NCBI GenBank assembly: GCA_026129095.1
Contig: JAHCIT010000001.1
Location: 1 to 64,000, forward strand
Length of the DNA: 64,000 bases
Direction: 5' to 3'
Source: Deltaproteobacteria bacterium
GTDB lineage: Bacteria; JAGRBM01; JAHCIT01
The position numbers and the translations under genes are program-made. The notes beneath the pieces were generated by a model that worked only from the letters and a program-made list of their open reading frames with translations, did not search any database and was not told the DNA's origin. Positions 8,764 through 21,100 of this stretch are shown piece after piece (position 1 is the first letter of the stretch; every line of letters begins with the position of its first letter).

Positions 8764-10047
8764 TCAGTACCGCTTCAGTGTTTCCACGAGTTCCCTGATG
8801 GATGGTGCATCCGCCGAACGGGGAGCCAGCTCCAGGTATTTCTCGAAATGGGCGCGGGCCTGCGGGTAGTCGTTGCGCTCGTAGAAGTCGTAGCCAAGGT
8901 TGTAGTAGGCCGGCGCGAACGAGGGATCCGTGCGGATCGCCTGCCTGAGATATTCGAGATACAGGGCCCGGTCGGTGGTTTCGAGCTTGAGTCCCTCGTT
9001 GAACCAGCGGGCCGCCTTCCAGTCCTTCTGTTCGGCCGACGGCTGGAAACCGGACGGTTCCGGCTGAACGGGTGCAGGGACCGGCGTCACCACCGGAGCC
9101 GCCGGTTCGGGCTCGCCCAGATGGCGCCGGAGTTCGGCGATCACGGTCCTGACCCCGAACGATTCCGGGGCGTCAGGCTTCATCTTCAGGAACCTTTCAA
9201 ACTCGCCGAGCGCGTCCCGGTACTGCTTGCGCTGGTAGAAAAGCTCGCCGAGCGCGTAGTGCGGCTCCGCAAACTGGGGATCCAGGGCGGAAGCCTTGAG
9301 ATAGTAGTCGCGCTCGCGGTCGGAATAGTCGCCAAGACGGACTCCCAGGTTGAACAGTTCCCTTGCCTGCCGGACCGGATCGGCCTTCCTCACCGGCGCG
9401 GCGGGAGCCGGCTGTGTCGAGGCCTGTGGAGAAGCGGCCGGTTTGGCCGCCGGCGCAGCGGCGGGGGGCTCAGGGGCCGGAGCCGAGAGCGTCACCGCCT
9501 TCGCCGGGGCAGAGGCCGTCTGCTGGACGATCTTCTTCGCCTCGGCCGAGAGGTCGTCCTGGACCCCGAACAGGTCGCTCCGGGTGGAACGGAGCTTTTT
9601 CACCGTCTCGGTGCTGGTGTCGCCGACAACCATGTTGAACCGGTACACCTCGCCCGACTGCTGGTAGCTGCCCCAGATGATGAAGCGGGCCCCCGCCGAA
9701 CGGGCCAGATCGAACGCCTCGTCGAAACCGGGTTCCGTTGAGGCCGAAATGCCCTTCTCGCGGCGCAGACGTTCCATCTCGCTGCGGGGGATGGTTTCCA
9801 CCGCTCCGGGGGAGGCGATTTCGTATTCAATGGCGCTGGCGACCCCTTCAGCTTCGGCCGGGGCGGCGGCCCCGCCCACTTTCACCGGCGGGATCACCAG
9901 AACGCGGACCGGCTCCCGGCCCCACAGGGAGGACGACAGCACCAGCACCAGGAGTCCGCTGAACTTCCATAAACGGGAAACAGGGTATGAACCGGCCAAT
10001 TTGATCTTTCCTTCCGGGGCCTTCATAAATATACACGTAGGACGCAT
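8764..10047 (-). CDS. Exported TPR protein with a TolB-N/CsgG-like N-terminal domain (start uncertain)
   Basis: Hydrophobic leader, VRVLVIPP...ARSAGARFIIWGSY domain, Ala/Pro linker, two TPR clusters (FAEPHYALG; FAPAYYNLG). Confidence 0.75.
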   Translation of the reverse strand: MRPTCIFMKAPEGKIKLAGSYPVSRLWKFSGLLVLVLSSSLWGREPVRVLVIPPVKVGGAAAPAEAEGVASAIEYEIASPGAVETIPRSEMERLRREKGISASTEPGFDEAFDLARSAGARFIIWGSYQQSGEVYRFNMVVGDTSTETVKKLRSTRSDLFGVQDDLSAEAKKIVQQTASAPAKAVTLSAPAPEPPAAAPAAKPAASPQASTQPAPAAPVRKADPVRQARELFNLGVRLGDYSDRERDYYLKASALDPQFAEPHYALGELFYQRKQYRDALGEFERFLKMKPDAPESFGVRTVIAELRRHLGEPEPAAPVVTPVPAPVQPEPSGFQPSAEQKDWKAARWFNEGLKLETTDRALYLEYLRQAIRTDPSFAPAYYNLGYDFYERNDYPQARAHFEKYLELAPRSADAPSIRELVETLKRY

Positions 10048-10178
10048 CCGGCCTTCCTTATGTATCAGGAAGGAGAGGATAGCGTCCCGGACCCCCGGTT
10101 GAAATGGGGGCCGGGCACGGACCGGGACCCGTGCCCATGCCGATAATAGTGGTGGACCGGAAGGACAAGTCAGGGCCC

Positions 10179-10940
10179 GTGCCCAGCATCTTCCAGCACA
10201 TTCGCGAAGACATCCGCAATGTATTTGAACGGGATCCGGCCGCACGCAGCACGGCCGAGGTGCTCCTCTGCTATCCGGGGCTCCATGCCCTGTGGATGCA
10301 CCGGGCGGCCCACGGCCTGTGGAACCGGAACCTCAAGCTCTCGGCCCGGATGCTCAGCCACTTCTCGCGCTTCGCCACCGGCATCGAGATCCACCCCGGT
10401 GCCTCCATCGGGCGGCGGGTATTCATCGATCACGGCATGGGCGTGGTGATCGGCGAGACGGCGGAGATCGGGGACGACGTGCTGATGTACCACGGCGTCA
10501 CCCTTGGCGGCACGAGCCTCGAAAAGGGCAAGCGTCATCCCACGATCGGCGATCATGTGGTGATCGGAAACGGCGCCCGGATCATCGGCCCGGTCCAGAT
10601 CGGCCACCACACCAAGATCGGGGCCGGTTCGGTTGTCGTGAAGGAGATCCCCCCGCACTCGGTTGTGGTCGGCATCCCCGGCCGGATCGTCCATACCGAC
10701 ACTCCGGAGAACCGGGCCGACGAGGAGCGGATGCTCCAGGACCAGAGCGTCATGCCCGACCCCGACGAGGCACGGATCGAGGCACTTCAGGCCCGCAATG
10801 CCGAACTGGAGAGCGCCCTCGACAAGCTCCAGCAGGAACTGGACCGGCTGCAGGGCCAGTTCGACCGGGCCCGCGGCGGCGGCGACCTGCTCGCCACCGT
10901 GGACCAGATTCGCGGTCCCCGCCGGCTGGGTACCAAGTAA
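10179..10940 (+). CDS. cysE: Serine O-acetyltransferase
   Basis: RDPAARS...[21 protein letters not shown]...[22 protein letters not shown]-terminal coiled-coil extension. Start approximate. Confidence 0.96.
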   Translation: MPSIFQHIREDIRNVFERDPAARSTAEVLLCYPGLHALWMHRAAHGLWNRNLKLSARMLSHFSRFATGIEIHPGASIGRRVFIDHGMGVVIGETAEIGDDVLMYHGVTLGGTSLEKGKRHPTIGDHVVIGNGARIIGPVQIGHHTKIGAGSVVVKEIPPHSVVVGIPGRIVHTDTPENRADEERMLQDQSVMPDPDEARIEALQARNAELESALDKLQQELDRLQGQFDRARGGGDLLATVDQIRGPRRLGTK

Positions 10941-10955
10941 GACGTCTCCCCGCTT

Positions 10956-12074
10956 GTGACCCGTACCTATCTCGACTGGAACGCCACCGCCCCCGTCCGC
11001 CCGGAGGCGCGGGAGGCCGCCCTGAAGGCCCTGGACCTTTCCGGCAATCCGTCCAGCATCCACCAGGAGGGGCGTGAGGCCCGTCGAGTGCGCGAATTGG
11101 CCCGCGAAGCAGCCGCCCGCTGGCTCGGAACCAGTCCCGAAGCCATCATCTTTACCAGCGGCGGCACTGAATCGAATGCTGCCGCCATCTACGGCCTGTT
11201 CCGGACGGCCAGCGGCAGCCACCGGATCCTTGTGTCAGCCACCGAGCACCCGAGCGTGCTCGAAAACGCCCGCCTCACCGCGGCCCGCTTCGGCGGCGAA
11301 CTGGTCTTGCTGCCGGTGGACCGGAGTGGGGTTCTTCCTCCCGGCCCGCTGGAGCGGGAACTGGCCAAGGGCGCGACGCTGGTGTCGGTCCACGCCGCCA
11401 ACAACGAGACCGGAGTGCTGTTTCCCGTGGACGAAATTGTCCATCAGGCCCGCGCCGCCGGGGTTCCGGTCCATGTGGATGCGACCCAGTGGCCGGGGCG
11501 GCTCCCCCTGCCCTCTGGCCTGTGGGGCGCCGACCTCCTCACCTTTTCCGGTCACAAGCTGGGGGCGCTGAAAGGCGCAGGGATTCTGGTGAATCCCGGA
11601 CGCAGGCCGCTGGAACCGCTCATCACTGGCGGCCCCCAGGAGCGGGGACGGCGGGCCGGGACGGAAAACCTTGCTGCCATTGCATCCCTTGGCGCGGCCA
11701 CTGAGGCGATCCGGACTACCGGAGAAGCCGAGTTCGCCCATCTGGCCGCACTTGACCGGTGGATGACTGGCCGGCTTGCCGGGTCACCGTGGAAGCCCGT
11801 CACGGACGATGCCCCCCGCCTGCCGAACACATGGAATCTCACCCTGGACCAGGATGCGGAGCCGGTCATACAGGCGCTCGATCTGGAAGGGTTCGCCGTC
11901 TCGTCAGGGTCGGCCTGCTCGTCCGGATCGGTAGAACCCAGCCACGTGCTGCTGGCCATGGGCCTTTCCCCAGCCGAAGCACGCCGCTCGCTCCGCATCA
12001 GCGCCGGGCGGCTCACCACGACAGAAGATCTGGAAAACGTCCTGAAAGCCCTGGAACGGGTCTGCCGGAGATAA
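10956..12074 (+). CDS. iscS: Cysteine desulfurase (IscS/NifS type)
   Basis: YLDWNATAP, GNPSSIH, FTSGGTESN, ANNETG, SGHK (PLP Lys), SSGSACSSG (catalytic Cys). Confidence 0.9.
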   Translation: MTRTYLDWNATAPVRPEAREAALKALDLSGNPSSIHQEGREARRVRELAREAAARWLGTSPEAIIFTSGGTESNAAAIYGLFRTASGSHRILVSATEHPSVLENARLTAARFGGELVLLPVDRSGVLPPGPLERELAKGATLVSVHAANNETGVLFPVDEIVHQARAAGVPVHVDATQWPGRLPLPSGLWGADLLTFSGHKLGALKGAGILVNPGRRPLEPLITGGPQERGRRAGTENLAAIASLGAATEAIRTTGEAEFAHLAALDRWMTGRLAGSPWKPVTDDAPRLPNTWNLTLDQDAEPVIQALDLEGFAVSSGSACSSGSVEPSHVLLAMGLSPAEARRSLRISAGRLTTTEDLENVLKALERVCRR

Positions 12075-12109
12075 CCTCCCCCCGCCCCGCCTGCTGGCGG
12101 GACGGGAGG
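12075..12109. terminator. GC-rich hairpin between convergent iscS and the giant gene
   Basis: Imperfect inverted repeat cctccc...cccgcc-tgct-ggcggg...gggagg; no clear U tract. Confidence 0.35.
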
Positions 12110-12131
12110 CCGGAACACCGCGGTCAGGAGA

Positions 12132-15100
12132 TCAGGCCTGTTTCCGGCGCCGCCGGATACGTCCTGCCGCTCCCGCGAGCGCCATCACAAGGCCAATCGC
12201 CGCGCCGGGATCCGTGGCACCGGCCGCGCAGCCGCCACCCTTCTTGGTGGGGTTTCCGGGCGTTCCGCCGCCACCACTGCCGCCGCTGCCGGCCGCCAGC
12301 ACGTTGATGAAGAACGGACCGATCGTGGTCGAGCTGGTGCCGTCGGAAACAATGTAGAAGATGTTGTTGTAGAGGCGGATATCCGTCGCTTCCGGCGTTC
12401 CGGACAGAACCCCTGTCGAGCTGTTCAGCGTGAGCCAGTCAGGCTTGTTCAGCATCGTGATCGTCAGGGTGTCGGTTTCCGGATCAGAGATGGTCGGACT
12501 GAAGGAGTACAGCTGGCCCACCACTGCCGCGGAGGCCGGTGTGCCCGTCACGACCGGCGGCTGGTTTATCTCGATATCAAACGAGGGGAGCGCCACCGGG
12601 GCGTTCACGCCGTCCGATATCCAGATGATGATGTTCGTGTACGGGCTGTTCGCCAGATGGGCGGGAACCGAGGACAGCGGTGAGCCGCCTAGCGATCCAT
12701 TGCCCGTCAGGTTGAACGTGCTGCCGTCGCAGGGAGCGCCGGTATCGCCCGCGAAGACTGCCCAAGCCGGCAGGTTCTCGATGCAGAACCGCAGGTCGTC
12801 GTAAGCCTCCGCATTCACGACCGTCGGCGTGAAGCTGTAGGTCCGGTCAAGACCGGCGCGGGGCGCCGGTACGCCGGAAATCACCGGGATCCCGTTCACG
12901 ATGATGGTCAGCGGGTTGACGTAGTAAACCGGATCGAAGTTGCCGTCGGTCACGCCCACCCTGATCTCGTAGGAACCGACATCGGCCGAAGTCAGGCCGC
13001 CCGGGGCGACCGATACCGTTCCGTCGGCCGAGTTGAACACCAGCCAGTCGGGCTGGCCCTGGATCACGAACAGCAGGTTGGCGTTCTCGCCCGGATCGTC
13101 ATCATTGGCCGTCCACTGGATGTTCGCCAGCTCGTCGGTCGTGAGGTCTTCGGCCACAACATAAGACGCCTGGACCATGCCGGTGAAGTTGATCGTCGGC
13201 CGCGAATTCACGATGATCGTGAAGGCCGGGAGCAGCACCGGCTGGTTTACGCCGTCGCTCACCCAGATCCGGATGTCCACGTACGAACCCTGGTCGCCGT
13301 CCACCGGGACCCCGCTGATATTGCCGCTCGTCGCCGGGAGGAAGGCCGGGTAGACGCCAGCGTCGCAGGTGGCCCAGTACGGACAGTTCTCGACGGCGAA
13401 CTCCAGTGCGTCGCCGTCCAGATCATAGACGTCGGGCGTGAATCCGGCCGGCGAGTGGTAATCGCTATTGATCGCCACCATCGTTGCGGGGCCGCCGGAG
13501 ATCACCGGCGGGCTGTTTACGACGATATCGAAGGCTGGCAGGGAGACCGGCGGGTTGATGCCGTCCGTCACCGAGATGACGATGTTCTGGTACGGGCTGT
13601 TGGTGCTGTCGGCACGGATCGGCGTGCCCCACAGGCGGCCCGTTGAAGGGTCGAAGAAGGCCCATGCCGGCTTGTTCGCAATGCTGTAGACAAGCGTGTC
13701 GTCATCCGGATCGGTCGCCACCGGATCAAACGAGTACAGGATGCCCGGATTGGCGACGGTACCCGGCGTGGCCGGGTCGAATACCGGCGGCAGGTTCGGC
13801 CGGATCACAACGACCTCGAAGGCCGCCGAGGCCACCGCCAAGTTCAGCGGATCCTTCACCGAGATCACGATTCCCGAATAGGTGCCGGCGTCGGCGATGC
13901 CGGGGGTTCCCGTCAGGACGCCGGTCGAGGGGTTGAAGCCTGCCCAGGGCGGCCGGTTCTGGATCGTGTAAACGAGCAGCGGTATGTCGCCGGCCTCGAA
14001 GGTGTCGGTTCCGCCCGGATTGCAGGTAAACAGGTTGCCGGCCAGCACGACGTCGTCGCCGCACGGCGTCGTAAAGCTCGGCGGGCCGTTCACGTACAGG
14101 CTCGGAATGACGAGCTGGACCGGATCGTTCACGCCATCGGTCACCTCGATGGTGACATTCAGGCTGGCCACGCCCGCATCCAGGATGCTGGGCGTTCCGC
14201 TGAGGACACCCGTGCTCGGGTCGATGCCCATCCAGCCCGGGTTGTTGATGACCGAGAAGGTAAGCACATCGCCCGCGTCAGGGTCGCTCGCGATCGGCGC
14301 GAACGTGTAGTCCACGCCTGTCGGTATGTTCGCCGGCGAGGTGCCGGAGATCGCCGGCGAACGGTTCACCAGTATGGAGAACGGAGCCAGCTCGACCGGT
14401 GCGAAGTTGCCATCGGTAACGGCGATGATGACGTTCTCGTACAGGCCGCCGTCGCTGGGCAGCGGACGTCCTGGCTGGTTGGTGAGCGCGCCGGTCGTCT
14501 GATTGAACTGGGCCCATGCGGGCAGGTTCTGGACCGACCAGATGAGGGTTTCGCCGTCCGCATCCACCGCCGAGACTGTCGTCGAGTAGGGAGTCAGCGG
14601 GCTCACCGGAACGACAGTCTGCGGGCTGCCAGGCTGAAATGACGGCACGGGCGGCGTGTTCACTATGATCGTGAACGGCCCGATCGACGAGGGGACATTC
14701 GGCAGCACCGCGTCGCGCACCCATATCCGGATGCCCGCATAGGCGCCGCGGTCCCCGGCCGCCGGGGTGCCGCTGATTTCACCGGTACCGGCGGCAAAGG
14801 CCGGGTAAACACCACCGTCGCAGGTGGCCCACGCCGGGCATTCCTCGATGGAGAACTGCATGGCATCGCCATTGGGATCGGTCGCCACCGGCGTGAAGCT
14901 GAAGGGCGAACCGACAGCCGCAAAGGCGGGCGGCACGCCGGAGATCACCGGCGGGCTGTTCACGACGATATCGAACGGCGCCAGCGAGGCCGACTGGAGC
15001 GTCATGGTATCCCGGATCGTGATGATGATGTTCGTATAGGGGCTGTTCGTCGCGTCAGCCACGATCGGCGTTCCGGACAGGGCTCCGGTCGCCGTATTGA

Positions 15101-18100
15101 ACGTCGCCCAGGCCGGCTTGTTGGTGATCTCGTAGGCGACGGGATTGTTCACCGGGCTCGATCCCGTCGGCGTGAACGAGTAGGCCTGACCGGGGACCGC
15201 GAAGGTCGCCGGCGTTCCGCTGATAACCGGATCGCCCGTCACGGTGATCGTGAAGGCCGGGAGCGCGGTCGTCTGGAATCCGTCCGTGACGGAGATCGTG
15301 ATATTCGTGTGGAAGCCCGCGTTGGCCGCCAGCGGCGTGCCGGTGAGCTGGCCCTGTGACGGACTGAACGACAGCCACGAGGGCCGGTTGGTGACCGAAT
15401 AGGTGAGCGTGTCGCCGTCCCCGTCGGTCGCCGTCACAACGAGCCCGGCGGGGTATTCGTACGGCGTTCCGACCGGCACCGAGAGATCCGGCGTGAGGCC
15501 GGCGGCCGTGAACGCCGGACGGCTGTTCACCCGGATATTGAAGTTGAGCGTGTTCGACACGAGGGGGATGGGGTTGCTGGTCCCGTCGTCCGCCTCGATC
15601 TGGATGGCGTAGACGCCGGCGTCGGCATCGCTCGGGGTGCCGGTGATGGCTCCCGTATTCGGGTTGCACAGCGCCCAGGTGGGGCAGGTGCCCAGGAAGT
15701 CGAACACGAGCGTGTCGCCGTTCGGGTCGGTTGCGACCGGCGTGAAGCTGAACGCCGTGTCCGGCACCGCACGCGGGACCGTGCCCGCCGACAGGACCGG
15801 CGCACCGTTCACCTTGATGCTGAACGGGCTGGTGGAAACCACCGGGAACACGTTGTCGGTCACCGAGATCACGATGCCGGTGTAGAGGCCCACGTCCGCA
15901 CCGGTCAGGTTGCCGTTCGAGGTGATCGAACCCGTGAGCTGGTCGAACGAGGCCCAGGCCGGGCGGTTCGTGATCGAGTACAGGACGACGCCGGGCGTGG
16001 GCGTGGGCGTGAAGGTATAGGGCGAGCCCACGTTCACCACATCGGGGTTGGCGGCCGGGGCATCCACCGTGGGCGGCGTGTGCACGATGATGGTGAACAT
16101 CGGGTACGAGACGTACGTCGCGCCGCCGTCGTCGCTCACGCTCACCTCGACGAACTGGTAGGTGCCGCCGTCAGCCAGGACCGGGGTGCCGGTCATGTTG
16201 CCGGTGCCGGGCGCGCAGGCCGGGAAGTCGCCGCCGCCGAAGGTCAGCCACGCGGGGCGGTTCCGGATGCGCCAGCAGAAGGGTGCGGTGTCATCGAAGT
16301 CGAACACCGACGGGGTGTATCCACCCGCGCCGCCGTAGTTGCTTCCGACGGAAACCTGGGTCGGCGGAACCGGTGTGCCCAGCACGGGGAGCGAGTTCAC
16401 GTCGATGCTGAATACGGGGAGCGCCACCGGCGGATTCAGGCCGTCGCTCACCTCGATCACGATGCCGCCATACACGGCCGAATCGAGCTGGCTCGGCGTT
16501 CCGCTGAGGCGGCCCGTCGTGGAGTCGAACAGCGCCCAGGGGGGCTGGTTCGTGATCGCGAAGGTGAGCACGTCGTTTTCAGGGTCGGTCGTCACGGGCT
16601 GGAAGACGTAAGGCTGGTTGGGCTGCGCACGCAGGGCAGGCGTTCCGGAGATCACCGGCGGCGCATTGACCGTGATCGTGAAGGCCGGGAGCGAAACCGC
16701 CGGGTTGTATGGGTCCGCAACGCTGATGACGATGCCGGTGTAGATGCCGCTGTCGGCAGGCGTGGGCGTTCCCGACAGATAACCCGTCGCCGCATTGAAG
16801 GTCATCCAGATCGGCCGGTTCACGATCGAGTAGGCGAGGAAATCGGCTTCCGGATCGGTCGCCAGCGGCAGCGCCACCGGGAACTCGAAGAAGTCGCCCG
16901 CGATGAGCTGCGTATCAGCGGGCGTGTCGTTGAACGCGGGCGGTCCGTTGACCTCGATCGTGTAGCTCACCGGAGCGGTTGTGACCGTTCCGTCAGACAA
17001 TTCGATGTCGAAGGTGTACGAGCCCACGTCCGGAAGGCCCGGCTGGCCGCTGATCGTCCCGGTGGACGGGTTGCAAACCGCCCAGGACGGACACCCGGGG
17101 TTCGAGAAGATGAAGGTGAACGTCTCCGGATTGGCCGGGGGCTGGTGGTTCGGATCGGAGAACGTCGGCGTGAAGGAGTAGTTCACACCCGGCACGGCGA
17201 TGGGCGGCGTCGTCGCCGTCAGGACCGGCGATCCGTTCACCTTGATCGTGAACGGCGGGAGCGAGGCCTCGCCGCCATTGCTGTCGTAAACGGTGATGAC
17301 GATGTTCTCGTACCGGCCGATGTCGGCAACCGACGTGGAGCCCGACAGGGCGCCCGTCACGGTGTTGAACACGGCCCAGGGGGGCTGGTTGTCGATCCGG
17401 TACAGGAGGCCCTGCGGCACACCATCCGGATCGGAAGCGACCGGGGTAAACGTCGGGTAGGCGTTGCCCGCCTGAACGACCGTGGCCGGAATACCGGAGA
17501 TGACCGGCGGCGTGTTGACGACGATGAGGAACCGGAGTTCCACCGGCGGCGAGAACCCGTCGTCCGCATAAAGGATGAACAGGTAGCTGCCGGTATCGGC
17601 CGTCGTGGGCGTGCCGTCGATCAGCACTTCGTACGGGTCGCCGGGGTCCACCGGCGGCGTGACGACCGGGGCGTTCAGCCAGCCCGACTGGTCATCCACG
17701 GTGATGACAAGGGCGTCGCCATCCAGGTCCACGGCGTTGGCAATGAACGTGTACAGGGCGCCCGGCGGAGCCTGGGTGACCGAGGTGGTCGAGATCACCG
17801 GCGGCGCATTGACGCGGATACTGAAGATGAGCGGCGCGGATGCGACGATACCGTCGTCCGCGGTGATCTCGATCCCGGCGTACAGCCCCGAATCGTCCAC
17901 GATGGGAGATCCGGACAGCCTGCCGGTAGCCGTGTCGAAATCGGCCCAGGCGGGGCGGTTCACGATCGAGAAGGTGAGCACGTCTCCCGAGGAATCGACC
18001 GCCGTGGGAGTGAACTCGAATGGCTCGTTCGGACGGATAACTGCGGCGGGCGAACCAGACAGTATCGGCGGCGTGTTCACGCGGATCGAGAACGGATCCA

Positions 18101-21100
18101 GACAGACCGGCAGACTGTTGAAGTCGGTCACGCAGATAACGATATCGTTGTAATTGCCGCCATCTGCAAGGGCAGGAGTGCCGCTCAGGTTCCCGGTGAT
18201 TGTGTCGAACACGGCCCAGGAGGGCTTGTTCGTGATCGAGAACCGGAGCGTGTCGAGCGCCGGGGACTCGGGATCGACCGCGACCGGCGTGAATCCGCCG
18301 CCACCGTTGTACGGATTACCCGCCGACACCAGCGTGTCGGGCGTGCCGCTGATCGTCGGCGGCGTATTCACGACAATGGTGAAGGGGTCGAGGTAGACCG
18401 TCTGGATGCCGTCGGTGACGCCGATCCGGATGCCCACGTAGGTGCCGCGATCGGCCACCAGCGGCGTGCCGGACAGTTCGCCCGTTACCGGGTTGATGCT
18501 CAGCCACGACGGGATATCCGTACCGACGAAGGTCAGCGTGTCGAGCGGATCAATGTCCCATCCGAAGAACGTGTACGAATAGGGAACGGCGATATTGGCG
18601 ATGCCCGGCGGATCACCCTCGATATAGGGCAGCGTGTTCACGATGATGGAGAACGGCCCCAGCACATACGGCGCGTTGACGCCATCGGAAACCGAAATGG
18701 TGATGTTGCTTTCGACGCCATAGTCCACCGCGCCCGGCACGCCATACAGGCGGCCGGTCGTGTAGTCGAAGAAGGCCCAGCTCGGCTTGTTCACGATGTC
18801 ATACGTGAAGGGCCGGTTCGGATTCTGCGGATGGGCGTTCGTATCCGGCAGGAACGAGTATTCCTCGTTCGTGTTGGCGATGGCCGGCGGGATGCCGCTC
18901 AGGGTTGGCGGCGTGCGGGTCAGGTCCACCGACAGCGCCGCGCTGATCTGGAACTGGTTCACGCCGTCCGTCACGGTCAGGATGTACCCGCCCGTTCCAA
19001 AGTGCCCGCCGCCCGGTTGACAGGTGATCGTATTGATCCCGGCGTTCAGCGTCACCATCTGCGGAAGCGAAACATTCTGGAAATCATGCGAGTAGCTCTG
19101 GCCGGTCACCGTCACGCCGTCGCCCTCAAGATCGTTAATGATATATGTGACGACCGTCGGCACATACCGGGGACAGGCGAGATCCGGCCACGGCGATGTG
19201 AAGGTGAGCTGGGGCGTTCCGTTCACGTATACGGAGAAGGGCGCGGATAGCGTCGTGTTGTAACCATCGGTCACCTGAATCTGGATGTTGCTATAGGTGT
19301 TACCGGCTTCCGAGGCGGGCGCATTGGACGCCACCAGGAAGTTGATGAACCCGCCGGACGTTTGCTGCACCAGCGGGGTCATGAACGTCGGAGCATTCAC
19401 CAGCGACATCGTGAGCTGGCTGCGGGCATTATCCGGGTCATCGATGGTAACCGGGTATTGCCTTGGTTGCCCGTCGGTCGGAACCTGTGCCGGAGCAGCA
19501 AACGATACCGCCGGAGGAGCGTTCACCACCAGCCGGATCGGCGTGATTGGAACGACGAAGTTTCCGTCCGTCACGTTGATCTCGATCAGGTAGAGTCCGG
19601 TTTCGTCGATAAAGGCGTTCAGGACCGGAGTTCCGGAGATTTCGCCCGTCTCGGAGTTGATCGCGAGCCAGGTCACCGTGTCGTCCGAGAACAGGAGATC
19701 GGCCACTGGAGCGACGAGTGGATCCGTATAGGACGACCCGCCCCGAACTCCCGTGATCTCGCGGACCTGGAGCGAGAAAGCGAGGATGTCACCGTCCACA
19801 TCGCCCGACGCCGGCGTGAAGCTGAACAGCACGTTCGGCGGGATAATCGGCACCGGAGCGCCGCTGATCGTCGGCGGCGAATTCACGATGATGAAGAACG
19901 GCGGGAGCGTCACGTTGTAGTTGCCGTCGGTGACGCCGATGACGATTCCTTCGTACTTGCCTTCGGGTGTTGCACCACCGCCGTCGTCCGTAATCTCGCC
20001 CGTGGCCGGGTTGAACAGCGCCCAGGACGGCAGGTTCTGCACGGTGAACACCAGCACATCGGCCGGATCCAGATCGAAGGCGGTGGGGGCGAACGAGTAG
20101 GGATCGCCCGTTGCCACCTGCGTGACGGGTGCCGGCGCTTCCAGGATCGGGGGCATGTTCACCCGGAGCGTGAATGGCGCCAGATTCACCGGACCTGCGA
20201 CTCCGTCGGAGACCGAAATCTCGATCAGGTAGTCGCCGCGATCCGCAGCGATCGGCGTGCCGTAAAGCTGGCCGGTCGCCGTGTCGAAATTCGCCCATTC
20301 CGGACGGTCCACGATGGCGAAACTGTAGGCCGACGAATCGCCACCCGTCGCCGCCGGCTGGAAGCTGTAGAGCTGCCCCGGAACCGCCAGAAGGTCGGGG
20401 GTGCCGCTGATCTGGAGCGGTGCACGAACCGTCACAGTGAAGCTGGAAGTACAGACCGGCGCGCCAAACCCGTCGGAAACGCAGATCGCGAAGGTCGAGC
20501 TGGTGCCGCCAAATCCGGCTGGATCGCCGGAGAGGAGTCCCGTCGCCGGTACGAATGCCGCCCAGGCCGGCAGGGTGCCCGTGAAGGAATAGGTCAGGAC
20601 ATCCAGTTCCGGGTCGGTGGCATCGTTGGCCGGGAATAACACCGTCGCACCGGCGGCATCAGACAGGATGACGTTCACCGGGCTTGCGGTCGCAAACGAC
20701 GGGGCGCCGTTCACCTCGATGTCGAACGGGGCAAGCGACACCCAGTTCGCGCCGCCATCATCGCTGACGCGGATTTCGACGTTGTTGTAGGTGCCGGTAT
20801 CGGCCTGTGTCGGATTGCCGGTCAGCGCGCCGGTATTGACATCAAACGCGGCCCACGCCGGCAGGTTCAGGACGCTGAATACCAGCGCGTCGCCATTCGG
20901 ATCGCTGGCAGTCGGCGTGAAGCTGTAGGCCGAGCCCGCACGGACGAACCCCGCCGGGGTGCCGCCAATAACGGGATCGCCGTCGATCTTGACGGTGAAC
21001 GCACCAAGCGCAACGGCCGGATTGATACCATCCGAAACGCTGATGATGATGTTGGTGAAGTTGCCGATCTGGGCCGCCGGAGCCGGACCGCTGGTGAGCG

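Noticed and set aside
16080-19250. 1056-aa plus-strand ORF, and other long plus-strand ORFs opposite the giant gene
   Set aside because: Antisense shadows of a GC-biased gene. They are Arg/His/Asp-rich with no recognisable motifs.
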